Assembly: GCF_009914755.1 (NCBI RefSeq) | Contig: NC_060932.1 | Direction: 5' to 3' (one strand) | Source: the human T2T-CHM13v2.0 reference genome, Homo sapiens | DNA length: 64,000 nt | Shown: in pieces, positions 1 to 13,205 of the stretch | Numbering within the stretch: position 1 is the first letter of the stretch | Layout of the letters: each line of letters starts with the position of its first letter | Made by a program: the position numbers and the translations under genes | Notes under the pieces: model-generated | What the model saw: the letters and a program-made list of their open reading frames with translations, nothing else | Told to the model about the DNA's origin: nothing | Databases searched by the model: none

Positions 1-2930
1 GGGCTTCTCAAACCCTGTATGTCTCCATATAGCACTCTCATTTTACCGGTCAAGAAATCAGATGGGTCATATTGATTAGTGCAAGACCTTAGAGCTATTA
101 ATGAAATAATCCAAACCACTTATCCTATTATGCCTAACCCATACACTATTCTTAGTAAGATTTGCTACAGTCCTCAGTGGTTCACCATCATAGTTTTAAA
201 AGATGCTTTCTGGGCATGACCTTTGGCAAAGACAGCCGTGACATATTTGCTTTTGAATGGAAGGGTCCTCATATAGGACAGAAACAACAATATAGATGGA
301 CAGTTTTGCCCTAGGGATTTACAGACTCACTAAATCTTTTTAGTCATGCTTTAGAGAAAATAGAGAAGGCTGCTGTTCCAAAGCAACTGAGTCTACTTCA
401 ATACATGGATGATATTCTTATATCTGGGGAAGACACAGAAAAAAGTAACTGAATTTTCTGGATACATTCTAAATCACTTACATTCTGAGAGGTTGCGAGT
501 TTCAAAAGGAAAACTTCAATTTGTAGAACCTGAAGTTAGATACTTAAGTCACTTAATCAGTGCAGGGAAAAGAAGAATAGAACTCGAATGGGTTGAAGGA
601 ATTGTGTCTTTGCCATTGTCCTGGACAAACAAGAACTTAGAAAATTTCTAGGGTTAATTGGATACTGTCATCTATGGATTGATTCATATGCATTGGGGAG
701 TAAATTGTTATATGAAAAATTAACTAAAAGAGTGCCTGATCTGCTTATATGGTCCTCTGAAGAGGTTGATCAAGTTAATGAGTTAAAAGAGAGACTAATG
801 TCTGCTCCATCTTGGCTTTACCTTCCTTAGAAAAACCATTCCATCTTTTTGTTAATGTAAACAATGGAGTAGCTTTAAGAGTGCTTACTCAGGAACGTGG
901 TGGTTGCTGGCAGCCAATGGCCTTCCTGTCTAAATTTTTAGATCCTGTCGCCTGCGGATGGCCTCAGTGCATTCAATCCATTGCAGCCGCAGCAATATTA
1001 GTAGAAGAAAGTAGGAAGCTAACCTTTGGAGGATAACTGACAGTCAGTACACCTCATGAAGTCAGAGCCATCCTGAACCAGAAAGCAGGAGGATTGCTCA
1101 CTGACTCTAGAATTTTAAAATATGAAGCTATACTATTAGGAAAAGATGATTTAACCATAACCACAGATAATTCACTTAACCCAGCAGATTTCTTGACAGG
1201 AAACCCATTGCTAAAAACAGAACACCTATGTCTGGATTTAATTGACTATCACACAAAGGTACAACCAGACTTAGTAGAAACTCCCTTTAAAACGGGGAGA
1301 CACTTATTTACAGGTGGATCCTCCTGGGTATTTGATGGAACACGACATAATACGTATGCAGTAATTTCTGGGGAAACTCTCAAAGAAATAGAATCAGGAA
1401 GATTACCTAATAGTTGGTCTGCTCAGGCTTGTGAATTACGTGCTCTCAGTCAGGCTTTGAAATATTTAGGAACCAAATAGGAACCATCTATACTGACTCT
1501 ACATATGCCTTTGGAGTATCCCATACATTTGGGAAACTTCAGCTGAACGAAGCCTCATTAACAATACAGGTCAGGATCTTGTTCATGAAACATTGATAAC
1601 CCGCATTCTAAATAATCTCCAGTTGCCGGAGGAAATAGCTATTGTCCATGCTCCTGGACATCAACATGATTCCTCATTTGAAAGCCGAGGGAATAATCTT
1701 GCAGATCAAGTAGCCAAGAAGGCTGCAGTCTCTAAGACACCCATTTTCCATTTGACTCCTTATCTTCCTCCTTCCACTATAGTTCCTATTTTCTCTCAGG
1801 CTGAGAAAGAAAAATTAGTGGAAATTGGAGCTCAGGAGAATTCAGAAGGAAGATGGATACTCCCAAATCAAAGGGAAATGTTATCCAAGCCCCTTATGAG
1901 GGAGGTCTTATCTCATCTGCATTAAGGGACTCATTGGGGCCCCCAAGCTCTGTGTGATGCGGTTCTCAGAGTTTATAGGTGCATTGGAATTTATACCTTA
2001 GCTAAACAAGTCACAGATGGTTGTTTGATAAGTAAGAAAACAAATAAACAGGCCCTAAGAAAATTACCTGTTGGAGGAAGGACTCCAGGGCTAAGACCAT
2101 TCCAAAGTGTCCAAATAGATTACACTGAAATGCCCTCAATTGGCTGTCTAAAATATTTATTAGTAATAGTAGATCATTTCACACACTGGGTAGAAGCTAT
2201 TCCTCTCTCAAAGGCAACTGCTAGTAATGTGGTGAAGGCATTAATTGAGCATATTATACCTAGATTTGTAATAATAGAAAATATTGTTTCAGACAATGGG
2301 ACCCATTTCACTGCACATATTATTAAGAAATTAGCCTAAGTGTTAGACATAAAATGGGACTTTCATATTCCCTGGCAACCCTCCTCCTCTGGAAGAGTAG
2401 AAAGGATGAACCAAACTCTTAAAAACCTTTTAACTAAATTATTTTGGAAACATGGTTGCCATGGACCAAATGTCTTTCCATTGAGTAATTAAGGATTAGG
2501 ACTGCTCCCCGGAAGGGTATTGGCTTATCCCCATATGAAATGTTATATGGATTACCTTACCTACATTCCTCAGCTAATGTTCACACATTTGAAACCAAGG
2601 ATCAATTTCTTAGAAATTATATATTTGGTCTCTCTTTCACCTTCTCTTCCCTTAAAACAAAAGGTCTTTTAGCACAGGCGCTGCCCTTGGAGTTCCCAGT
2701 GTATCAGCAACAGCCTGGAGATCACGTTCTCATCAAAGGGTAGAAAGAAGGGAAACTCAAGCCACCCTGGGAAGAACCCTACCTTGTGCTGCTAACCACT
2801 GAGACTGCTGTTGGCACAGTGGAAAGGGGATGGACACATCACACCAAGTCAAGCAAGCACAATTATCATCAGAATCATGGGCCATTATTCCTGGATCAAG
2901 TCCTATCAAATTAAAGCTAAAAAAAGATTA
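1..2930 (+). pseudogene. pol: Degenerate class I ERV pol (RT-RNaseH-integrase), HERV-I/HERVIP10-like, with multiple stops and frameshifts
   Basis: Translated motifs: LVQDLRAIN, LLQYMDD (TACATGGATGAT 402-413), RNase H SAQACEL / IYTDS / GNNLADQVA, integrase IDYTE / SDNGTHF / GRVERMNQTLK. ORFs 409-2743 are fragments of it. Confidence 0.95.
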
Positions 2931-4010
2931 GTCTATCTATCTTTTTCTTTTCTTTCCTTCCCTCTAACTACCCCTCATCTTGTCATCAATATAACCAAAT
3001 CAGATTCACCACAGGTTATAACATTTGATGCTTGCCTTTTTATACCTTGTGGAGGTTTGCAAAGACAGAGACAACTCTCTACTTCGGGAAAATACCTCTG
3101 CCCCTCCAGGGAGGCCACTGCCACCCCTGCAGCTTGCTTCTGATGGGGGTACCAAGATACCCCAAATTGGAATTTATATGGTCAGTGCGCAGATGTCATC
3201 TGGACTACTAAAGATTGAGGCTGGACCTCTGAGGAGGGATGTGCCGACTTAAAGCCATCTCAACCTTACTGAAGGGATTGCCCCCCTACCCCGCAATTGT
3301 CAATCCCACCAGTGTAACCCCGTGCTTATAGCCATTACCATTCCTACCACTAGCAACTCTAAACCCACTTAAGAGCATTTCTGTGGTTTAGGAGCAGAGG
3401 CCACTGGAAATGATCCTATAGGCTTACTTAAGATGCACTTTGTTCTCCCTCTTCCACCTCCTACAAGTGCCCCTTTCCCAAACCTACAAAATCAAACTCT
3501 GAGTCACCTCATGCCAAATGACAAAACCAAGGTCTCAGTAGAAGAAATAGGGAACTGAAGGCAAACCATAGCCATTGAAACAGGGTATAAAGATGTAAAT
3601 GCCTGGTTAGAATGGATTAAATATTCCATTTGCACTTTAAACAAAATGACTGTTATGCTTGTGCACATGGTAAGTCAGAGGCCCAGGTTGTTCCCTTTCC
3701 ACTAGGATGATCCTCAAATCAAGCAGACATGGAGTGCATGATAGCTCTTTTTCAAGATTCCACTGCCTGGAATAACAAATAGTGCCAAGCTCTTTCACTG
3801 CTATTTCCTGAGGTTCAACACCCTGCGGGTCAGCCCCTGAGGGCCATCCAGCCTCCATCTTCCAAGACCAATTTTACCTCATGTCTCCAACGACAAGGTG
3901 AATAAGTTGGCATTCCTTGGAGACTTAACAGGATGCAGTGAATCAGGCACTTCCAAGAGCCGACCCATCAGTCTGCACTTATTCATCCCCAAGTGTATGT
4001 GTGGTGGTAT

Positions 4011-5418
4011 TGTGTCCCGAATTGGTGGGTTCTCGGTCTCACTGACTTCAAGAATGAAGCCGCGGACCCTTGCAGTGAGTGTTACAGATCATAAAGGCGG
4101 TGTGTCCGGAGTTTGTTCCTTCTGATGTTAGGATGTGTTCGGAGTTTCTTCCTTCTGGTGGGTTTGTGGTCCCGCTGGCTGAGAAATGAAGCTGCAGACC
4201 TTCGCGGTGAGTGTTACAGCTCATAAAGGCAGCGTGGACCCAAAGAGTGAGCAGCAGCAAGAGTTATTGCAAAGAGCGAAAGAACAAATCCTCCACAGTG
4301 TGGAAGAGGACCCGAGTGGGTTGCCACTGCTGGCTCAGGCAGCCTGCTTTTATTCTCTTATCTGGCCTCACCGACATCCTGCTGATTGGTCCATTTTACA
4401 GAGAGCTGATTGGTCTGTTTTACAGAGAGCTGATTGGTCCGTTTTGACAGGGTGCTGATTGATGCATTTACAATCCCTGAGCTAGACACAAAAGTTCTCC
4501 ACCTCCCCACTAGATTAGCTAGATACAGAGTGTAGATTGGTGTATTTACAAACCTTGAGCTAGACACAGAGTGCTGATTGGTGCATTCACAATCCCTTAG
4601 CTAGACATAAAGATTCTCCAAGTCCCCACCAGATTAGCTAGATACAGAGTGTTGATTGATGCATCCACAAACCCTGAGCTAGACACAGGGTGCTGACTGG
4701 TGTGTTTACAATCCCTTAGCTAGACATAAAGGTTCTCCAAGTCCCCACTAGACTCAGGAGCCCAGCTGGCTTCACCCAGTGGATCTCGCACCGGGGCCAC
4801 AGGTGGAGCTGCCTGCCAGTCCCACGCCCGGCACCTGCACTCCTCAGCCCTTGGGTGGTCTATGGGACCGGGCGTCTTGGAGCAGGGGGCTTTGCTCCTC
4901 GGGGAGGCTCAGGCTGTGCAAGAGCCCATGGCCTGGGTGAGGCACGGGAAGGCTCAGGCATGGGGCACTGCAGGTCCCGAGCCCTGCCCCACGGGGAGGC
5001 AGCTAAGGCCCTGCGAGAAATCGAGTGCAGCGCTGGTGGGCTGGCACTGCTGGGGGACCCGGCACACCCTCCGTTGCTGCTGGCCCGGGTGCTAAGCCCC
5101 TCACTGCCCCAGGCGGCAGGGCCGGAGAGGCCAGCGGGCGGCTCCGAGTGCGAGGCCAGCCAAGCCCATGCCCACCTGGAACTCTAGCTGGCCTGCAAGG
5201 GCCATGTGCAGCCCCAGTTCCCGCCCATGCCTCTCCCTCCACACCTCCCTGCAGGCTGAGGGAGCTGGCTCTGGCCTCGGCCATCCCAGGAAGGGGCTCC
5301 CACCGTGCAGCAGCAGGCTGAAGGGCTCCTCAAGCATGGCCAGAGTGGGCACCAAGGCTGAGGAGGTGCCAAGAGCGAGTGAGGGGAGTGAGGGCTGCCA
5401 GCAGGCTGTCACCTCTCA
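4011..5418 (-). mobile_element. LTR12 (ERV9) solo LTR, probably LTR12C
   Basis: Minus strand begins TGAGAGGTGACAGC and ends ..ACCAATTCGGGACACA. GC-rich U3, GCTGATTGGT repeats, 4-bp TSD GTAT (4007-4010 / 5419-5422). Confidence 0.96.
4341..4745 (-). promoter_or_regulatory. LTR12 U3 enhancer/promoter repeats with CCAAT (NF-Y) boxes and an AATAAAA TATA-like box
   Basis: Repeated GATTGGT units (some mutated to GATTGAT) with AGCTAGATACAGAG / AGCTAGACAC subunits. TTTTATT at 4348-4354. Confidence 0.8.
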
Positions 5419-5679
5419 GTATTATGGAGGACCTTTACTGGACATTCTGCCAAATAATTAGAGCAGTACTTGTGCTGTAGTTCAATTGACTATCCCTTTT
5501 AACCTGGCATTTCATCAACCAGAAAAAGAAAAAAAATCTAGCCTCAATTCTTACCTCTTTAACAATTGTAATAAGTATACTACTTCTTCTTAGGTGTTAT
5601 GTAGTACCATAAATCCAGGAGTTAACGAAAACAACTAAGCCAAGACATGTTAAGCAAGTTTGAAGAGGAACTGTAAAGC

Positions 5680-5694
5680 AAAAGAGGAGGGAAC
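5680..5694 (+). other. Polypurine tract of the provirus
   Basis: AAAAGAGGAGGGAAC immediately before the TG start of the 3' LTR. Confidence 0.85.
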
Positions 5695-6244
5695 TGTAGA
5701 GCGTAGAAAAGTTCCTCTTCAAAGTTAGTCTTGGTTTAAAAATAAAATAATAGACACTAGGAATAATAGCTCCTTACTCTAAAGCCTCCTATCAATGCTT
5801 AGTTCTTACACTTTAGCCCAGTTAGTTGCTGTGGCTTACTCAGGCATGTCTGGACAGGCCCAGGAAAGTCTTAGCTCATAGCTTATGCCCCTTCTTTATT
5901 TGGAAATGTTATTGCTTCCTTAAACCTTTCATAAGCAACTTCCTTTTCTTCTTTACTCTTCCTTGCACTTACCTATTTAGGAAAGTTTTAGGTTATTAGC
6001 AAATTGGGTATCACTTTAAGACTGTGAAGTCCAGCTCCAGCTGAAGGATCCAGGACACAGCAGTAATGATGACCCAAGTGTGTAAGGGATAAATATGTCT
6101 GCTTTTCCTTTGTTCAGGTGTGCTCTCACCATTGTTCCATCTGTGAGGGGCAACCTTTCTGCGGAAAGTAAAGGTTGCCTTGCTGAGAGATCCTTTGTCT
6201 CCATGCTGACTTTTCTTCATGGCACCAATCATCTGTTTCTAACA
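5695..6244 (+). mobile_element. 3' LTR of the class I provirus (subfamily not determined)
   Basis: TGTAGA...TTCTAACA termini directly after the PPT. Confidence 0.85.
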
Positions 6245-6330
6245 ATTTCATTATTTTATAATGTATACATATTAAAATCTCATGTTGTACCCAAACAATT
6301 ATTATTAGTCAATTAAAAATTTTTAAAAAA
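6245..6330 (+). mobile_element. Old L1M 3' end (likely host site of the provirus)
   Basis: TATAATGTATACATATTAAAATCTCATGTTGTACC..GTCAATTAAAAA resembles L1MA 3' termini. Confidence 0.6.
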
Positions 6331-6604
6331 GGAATATAATGACAGTAAAAAATTTCTATTTTTAGAGAAATAAAATAATCTTAATGTTTGAAGGAAACAA
6401 GAGTGATTTATTTACAGAGGGATTTCCAATATATTCTTTGATCTTCGTAATCCAATGAGATATACAGATCAGATTGAATAACAATAAATCTCTCAATTTT
6501 TTTCTATGCAAATATAATGGAGTGATGACTTTTACTAACATCAAAATGAAATTGGAGCCAGTTAGCAAAGTGGAGGACATTCTTTCTGGAGGCAGAGAGA
6601 GCAA

Positions 6605-6740
6605 GATCTAGATTTGTCAATTGCTAGCTGTGTGATCTTTAGCATTACCTAACATCTATGAATTCCACATATTACATTATAATAGTAACAAGACTGTCTC
6701 ATCCTATAAGGGTGTTCTAGAGGTTAATTCAGATAATTAT
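6605..6740 (+). mobile_element. MIR fragment
   Basis: CTAGCTGTGTGATCTT core and GGGTGTT..GAGGTTAA..GATAA tail. Confidence 0.55.
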
Positions 6741-6979
6741 TTGTTATTTTTCCTTACTCTTTTGAGTTTTGCACTACTAATGCTTTCAAAGCAAGCATTT
6801 TTATGTAGGTTTTTTTCTGACCTTTATGACTAGGAAAGCCATAGCTAAAATAATTCATAGTTACATAGGTCATGCCAGGAAAAGTTAGAAGGTTCAGTAT
6901 TTCTTTAAATATTAGTAATCTAGACTACACTTCCTGAGGACCAGGTTTAGTTCATTTTTTTATATAAACATCTAGCAGA

Positions 6980-7728
6980 TGTTACCAAACTGATCTTGGT
7001 CCTCCCTGCCTGGCACAGCCAGAGCAAACACTGATATTGGAATTGCAGGCAGAGAAAATGAAGAATTTATTGTAGGGCACCAAGCAAGGAGAATCAGGGA
7101 GCTGATGCTTAAGACCCAAACTCCCTGATGGCCTAAAGGCAAGGGTTTCAAAGGCAGAGAGGCAGAAGTTTCAGGCAAAGGCATGCATGCAGAGTATCCA
7201 TTGGTTTGCCATAAAAAGGTGGGAGATCTCAAGGTGGGGTCCAGAGGTCATAAATAGATTGAAAGAGTTCTGATTTGTGATTGATTAAGCTTTGTCTAAA
7301 AACCTGGGGTCAGCAGAAAGGAATGCTGAGCTCTGGCCTGTGGGCATGACTTTCTCCAAGTCCCTCAGGAAGAAATTTAGAACAAAGGGCAGTGGTCTGA
7401 GTTCAGTCCTCAGTTCCCCTGCATCTGGGGTCTACCTGCCAGCAGGCAGGATTTTCCACTTCATGGAGGTTGGGTTTCTGAGAAACAACTCAGGGACATA
7501 TGTTAAGATGTTATCTTTAGTTTCCATGAGAAATCAAATATTTTGAGCCTCTGATTTCCTTGGTTATTATTTTAAGATACTATTACCTTCTTGCTTATTT
7601 ACTCCTCAAGACTAGGTAAGTGTCTGGAACTTCCTTTGAAGGAATTTAAGATTTTCCTTTCCCTTATTTCCATGTTTGGAGGGCCCAGCAGGCTCCTAAG
7701 AGGCATCCCTCATCCCTGCTCCATCTCA
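6980..7728 (-). mobile_element. ERV1 solo LTR (MER34/MER39-like)
   Basis: TG..CA termini (minus strand TGAGATGGAGCAGGG..GGTAACA). Near-TSD CAGA/TAGA. Confidence 0.75.
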
Positions 7729-7819
7729 TAGAGAGCTTGGTGGTGCTCTCTAAATGTCTGTTGAATTGATAGATTTGCTTGTCAGGCCAAGGTTAGCTCA
7801 AGACTGTGACTAGGTAGAT

Positions 7820-8031
7820 CAAGTTTGTCCAACCCACAGTGTGTGGGCCACATGCAGCCCAGGCTTTGAATGGGCCAACACAAATTCGTAAACTTTCTTA
7901 AAATATTATGAACTTTTTTTTTTTTTTTTTTTGCTCATCAGCTATTGTTAGTGTTAGTATATTTTATGTGTGGCCCATGACAATTCTTCTTCCAATGTGG
8001 CACAGGGAAGCCAAGAGATTGGATACCCCTG
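7820..8031. mobile_element. MER30 (hAT-Charlie MITE)
   Basis: TIR-like CAAGTTTGTCCAA..TTGGATACCCCTG, internal T-run, 8-bp TSD AGGTAGAT/GGGTAGAT. Confidence 0.9.
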
Positions 8032-8183
8032 GGGTAGATAAAACTGAACTCCATGGGTTCTTCTATGAAGATGCTGATTCGAGGAGCAGGTGTTGGGTGT
8101 AACTCTTACCAAAAGTGTTTGTGGGGGGTAGAGGTGTTGGGTACTACTGTATTGAGAGGGGTAAGAAAAAAAGAGGAATCTCC

Positions 8184-8663
8184 TATCTTCATTTTCTGGG
8201 GCAGTCTTAGCAAATCAACACAAACTTGATGGCTTAAAATGACAAAAATTTATTCTCTTCTGGCTCTAGAGATGAGAAGTCCAACACGAGGCTAAGGTCA
8301 AGGTGACTGCAGGACTGGGTTCCTTCTGGAGGTTATAGTGAAGAATTAGTTTCCTTGCCTTTCAGAGTTTTAGGGACTGCCCGCCCACCTTCCATGTCTT
8401 CTCCATCTTCAAACTCAGCCACAAATGTTGAGTCTCATGATGAGTCATTCTGATCCTTCTTCTATTCCTTTTCCTCTTTGAAGGACCATTGCTTGCAATT
8501 ACATTTGAACCACCTGAATACTATAGGATAAATTTCCCATCTCTAGGTTTTTAACTTAACCACATCTGCAAAGTCCCTTTTTCGAAATTTAAGATAACAT
8601 ATTCTGAGGTTACAGAGATTAGGATGTGGACATTGATGGGGTGATATTATTCTGCTCACCACA
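8184..8663 (-). mobile_element. MLT1 MaLR LTR
   Basis: GGCTTAAAA..AAATTTATTCTC..GAAGTCCAA; ACATCTGCAAAGTCCCTTTT; ends ATTCTGCTCACCACA. Confidence 0.8.
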
Positions 8664-10165
8664 AAGGACTTCCACCAAAGATGAATTATGTAAGAATACA
8701 GCCTGGGTACAAGGCAGGTCATTTTCCTGCTCCGCAACAGGCAAGGCTAGCTGCCATCCCTACGCTTGTGGCAGGCCTCAATTATTAATTCTCCTTTCCA
8801 CCAGTGCAGCACTGAAAGCTCTGACTATCCTCATAGGCTTAAGGATCCTTGCTTGTGCACCTGTCACATTCCAATGTGTTTCTTCCTTTTGCTCCAGATT
8901 TAGCAAATGGCTAATGCTTAAAGCAAATTTATTTAAAACAATTGAAAGTGATTTTTACCTTGCCGTACTTGTCAGGAATATATACGTTGAAAAGAAAGGG
9001 TTGGGCACAGAGGTGCTTGAGAAAAGAACTTCATTTTAGGGCAGATTCCTCTGGTCACAGTCTGCCTTCCTGTAAATAGATGTCTCCTGCTAAGCTCAGG
9101 GTGGCTTGTGCACTGCATAAGTGCTCTCTCCCCATTGAAAACTGCACGTTGAAGCCCATGTCTGTGAGCTGTGCTTCTATGACCCCCTTCTCAGGCTCCC
9201 ATTTCCCATTAGGGTTAGAGAGACAAGGAACTCATACCTCTGAGTGTTCAAACAGGCAGGAAGTAAGCACTTTCAGGATTCCTTTGAGGAGCCTGAGACC
9301 TAGCATTAGCCTCTCTGCAAAAGAAGCTAACCAGAAGCACAGATTTAAAGTAAGGAGTTTTGTTTTTTTCTCTGCATCTGCCATAGGCTTTTTTAACCTC
9401 CCTTCTACTCTTGTTTCATTTTTGCATGCACGTACACATAAATGCATTTCACTCCCTGGCCTAACCCTGGGTCAGCACAGATCCACTCACACACACATTC
9501 TCCTTCACTTTTAAAAGGCAATGCTTACAAAGTATTCATTCCTTTTGCTTTACATTGTAAAAAACAAAACCAGGGGCAAATCCTTATTGAATGTAGCATT
9601 TTTTTTCCCCTTAGTTGTAGGATAAACGCCAAGAATTTAAGAACATTGGAGTTTTAGTTAGACTAGGTTTCAAATAGTAAATTCAATTTTTGTTTGTTTA
9701 TTTAGCAACAGAGGATAAAGGAGCCAAGAGAAAACCAGACTATCTCTACAAGCATTAATCAATACTGTTTCATCAAAGCCTTTTTGGTTCATTAAGAGGG
9801 ACAACCTGGCTTACTCTGATGCACTGCTCCCTTTTGTCAAAGCAAGTTAACAATCCAAGGCCCAGTCATCTGAAGTGAGTTTAAAGTGTTTTGTAAATGA
9901 AGTCAACATACAGTTGGGAGTAGTCATTATGACCAGATAGTTTTGGATAGGATCAAATAGTAATTTGTTATAATCTGTTTTAATATGAACCACTCTTAAA
10001 ATATTTAAAAGGATAGTGTCAAGTCATTTTTGCAATCCTTCCCTCCTCCAGTATAATTTATTTCCCTTTCTGTGATAACCTCAGAATTACATTCCTCCTT
10101 ATATTTGTGGCTTCTTTTATTTCTGGTGAGAATTGCTTTCATATAGACTCCCCCTTTCAGACAAC

Positions 10166-11099
10166 TGTAAACCAAAAATAAAATTCTAAGCCACCACCAC
10201 TGACTGAACAGACTCCCTCTGGGCTAAAGAGACCCCAGAGAAAACTGAATTCCTGAGCATGACAGGAAGGGAGGTTGGACACACCTCCTGATCTCCCTCC
10301 CTTTTGGGGCTTAGGCATGATTGACCAGCATTAACATTAACATAGAGATCATGAAAGTGACCAAATATTCTTTGTGGCAATAAGATACAAAATTCCAACC
10401 AGACTCTGGTATACCATCACACGACAGATAGCAGACCCTGAAGGGAATCAAGGCATTTTGTCCCCAAATATATATTTTTGGCATTTTTAGAAATGGCTGC
10501 CACAGGGCCAGCAGACTGAAATGGCCCTGCCAAGCTGTCTGTTGTGGGAGAAATTTGCATCTGTAGAGAATCTCCATTATTGCAGCCATACTTTCCCTTT
10601 CTAGGCCTTTCTGAGGTCTAGGAAAGATTAACTGAGTGCCCGACACCTTTTTAAGACCTTAAAAGAGATGTTTACCATCTTTTCTTTCTGAGGGTTGATA
10701 CCTATGAGGCTTCAGCTACACAACGAAAAAGTTGACCTCCACAGCCTCCTTACCTTAAGTCAAGCATTTATTTCTAATGACTTCAAGTCTTTAGTCAAAG
10801 CTTAACTTTTTCAACCAATTGCCAATCAGAAAAACTTTGAATTCGCCTATGACCTGTAAGACCCCACTTGAAGATGTCTCACCTCTTTAGGCTGAACCAA
10901 TGTACACCTCCCATGTGTTGATTTATGATTTTACCCATAATTCCTGTTTCCCTAAAATGTATAAAAATAACTGTAACTTGATCACCTGGGACACACTTTT
11001 TCAGGACCTCTTGAGACTGTACCATGGGCCATGGTCATTCATATTGGTTTAGAATAAGCCTCTTTAAATATTTTACAGAGTTTGGTTTTTCCATTAATA
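10166..11099 (+). mobile_element. MER4-group (MER4D-like) solo LTR
   Basis: Starts TGTAAACCAAAAATAAAATTCTAAG, ends AAATATTTTACAGAGTTTGG..ATTAATA. 4-bp TSD CAAC. Confidence 0.88.
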
Positions 11100-11759
11100 C
11101 AACCCATATTCTGGATGAAATATTCACTTTAAACATTACAACTTTGGCTCTCTGCCCCTTTTTCAGAAGAAAATTGTTATTTACATGCCAGTGTTATTAC
11201 ATTTGTGAGTAAGATTCCCAAGCATTTGTAAGGCATTTGTTCTTCAGTTGCTTTGAATCAACTGCCATTAGAGAGAACATGAAGTCTATACACTGGATGT
11301 GGTGAAAATAATAATAATAAAGTTGTGTTCATGTTTGAAGAGGTATTTTATTAGTAAAACAACAGGGTAGAAAGATAAATCATAATCCATATGCAAGTTA
11401 AATTGGATGACCTAATTTAATGGCAATTTTAGTAATCTCAGGTGCTAATAAAAACACACATATTCTGATGTGACTAAAGATAATATTTATTTCTGGAAAA
11501 ATGGAAAGCGACTTTATTCTGTGGGGGGTTATTCTGTGATTCATTTTAAAACTTTTTTTTCTATCTTAATATAAAAACATCCTTCAATAGTTTGCACCTC
11601 TTCTCTTACCCAACAGCAGAAAAGCTATTGATTTGAGACATTTTTGAACAATTCTTATTTCTTATGTAGAGGATGATAAGGATAGCCATCCCAGAATAAC
11701 AAAATAACAAGTTAATCAGAGGAGCACCTGAAGTGCAGGGCACCAAAAGTGAGTTCCTA

Positions 11760-12118
<359 letters not shown>

Positions 12119-12263
12119 GAATGACCCTGGCTTGACTCACAAAAGCAGAAAAAAAATTGTGTGAGAATGCTCATTTCTAGCTAATAATGTTCATCCTATT
12201 CAAGTTTTTTTTTTTTTTTCTGGGGATGAAATTGCATATCCTTGTGGTTTTTACTTGTGTTTC

Positions 12264-12837
12264 TGAGAGAGAAGAAAGGAAGAAACTTGTCAGGTGGTTA
12301 GGGTGGGTCCTTGATTGAATTCTTTCAAACAAATGAACAGCCTGAAAAATCAAGCTGCAGGCACAGATAAGGGAATTTACACAGGAGGGCTTGCCTAAGA
12401 CATGCCCACAGCTGCACAGATAAGAAAGGCTACATAGGTGACTTGTCCAGACATGCCCGCAATGGAAAATTCCATCCCCTAACACATGTGCCGTAAAGGG
12501 ACCAAAACAATATGGAGTAACTCAAGCTAAGGGCCCTCATGAGCACTAGGAGGATAGGGAAGAGCTACCAGAAATTCACACCTTGTGCAAATGAGACACC
12601 CAGCCCTCACTGGTTTCTCAAAAAGCCCTTTGCATTCATTTGTTTAAATGGCAACCCATTCAGGCCCCCTCTCTGCTGCGGGAAGCTTTCTTCCTTTGCC
12701 TGTTAAACTTTTGCTCCAAACTCATCCTTTCTGTCCATGCTCCTTAATTCTCTTGGTTGTGAGACAAAGAACTCCAGGTGATAGATACTTCACAACATGA
12801 TACTGCTGCATTGTGGTGCCTTGGTGAGACTGTAACA
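12264..12837 (+). mobile_element. ERV1 solo LTR (MER83-like; name uncertain)
   Basis: TGAGAGAG..TGTAACA termini, 4-bp TSD TTTC, repeated GCACAGATAAG units. Confidence 0.8.
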
Positions 12838-12899
12838 TTTCCTTACTCAGTAGTAATGCAGAGCACCTTCATGTACTTATCTCCTGTATTCATAGTCTA

Positions 12900-13205
12900 T
12901 ACACACATATGCAACATCAACAAATAATTATTCACATCTCATTTTTACTTCACAACATGCTATTGAATATCAAATTATTGAACCAATTCTTTGCTGTTGA
13001 AAATTAGGATTTATCCAATATTTCACCCTCTAAGCAAAGCTGAAACAAATGTAATTTTAGATACTTTTTCAACAATGAATATATTTCTAGGAGTGAAACT
13101 ACCAGGGCAAAAGTTATGAATATTTTAAAGCCTTTTGATTTATGTTACCACGCTGCCTTTGAGAAAATCTACATCAAATTGTACTTGCATCAGGAGTGGT
13201 GCATT
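12900..13205 (-). mobile_element. Ancient L1M fragment
   Basis: TTTCTAGGAGTGAAACT..GGGCAAAAGTTATG..AAATTGTACT resembles the L1 ORF2 3' end (reverse complement). Confidence 0.55.

Larger units (their letters stand above)
2930..5670 (+). pseudogene. env: Degenerate ERV env, interrupted by LTR12 and lacking most of the TM ectodomain
   Basis: Signal-like hydrophobic start, then HLVINIT..VITFDAC and TIAIETGYKDVNAWLEWIKY. VWWY|YGGPLLDILPNN rejoins across the LTR12. Membrane-anchor-like LASILTSLTIVISILLLL at ~5539-5592. Confidence 0.88.

Noticed and set aside
409-3252. Run of + strand ORFs resembling an operon
   Set aside because: Fragments of one frameshifted, stop-riddled ERV pol/env; no intact protein.
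4380-4745. Regularly spaced repeats superficially like a CRISPR array
   Set aside because: Standard LTR12 U3 tandem repeats; the spacers are themselves repeated and the context is eukaryotic.
4855-5461. Overlapping GC-rich ORFs and CpG-island-like segment
   Set aside because: Inside LTR12 U3; stop-poor because of GC content.
8626-9657. 137-aa and 144-aa ORFs in unique sequence
   Set aside because: No recognisable domain or convincing exon structure; lengths compatible with chance.
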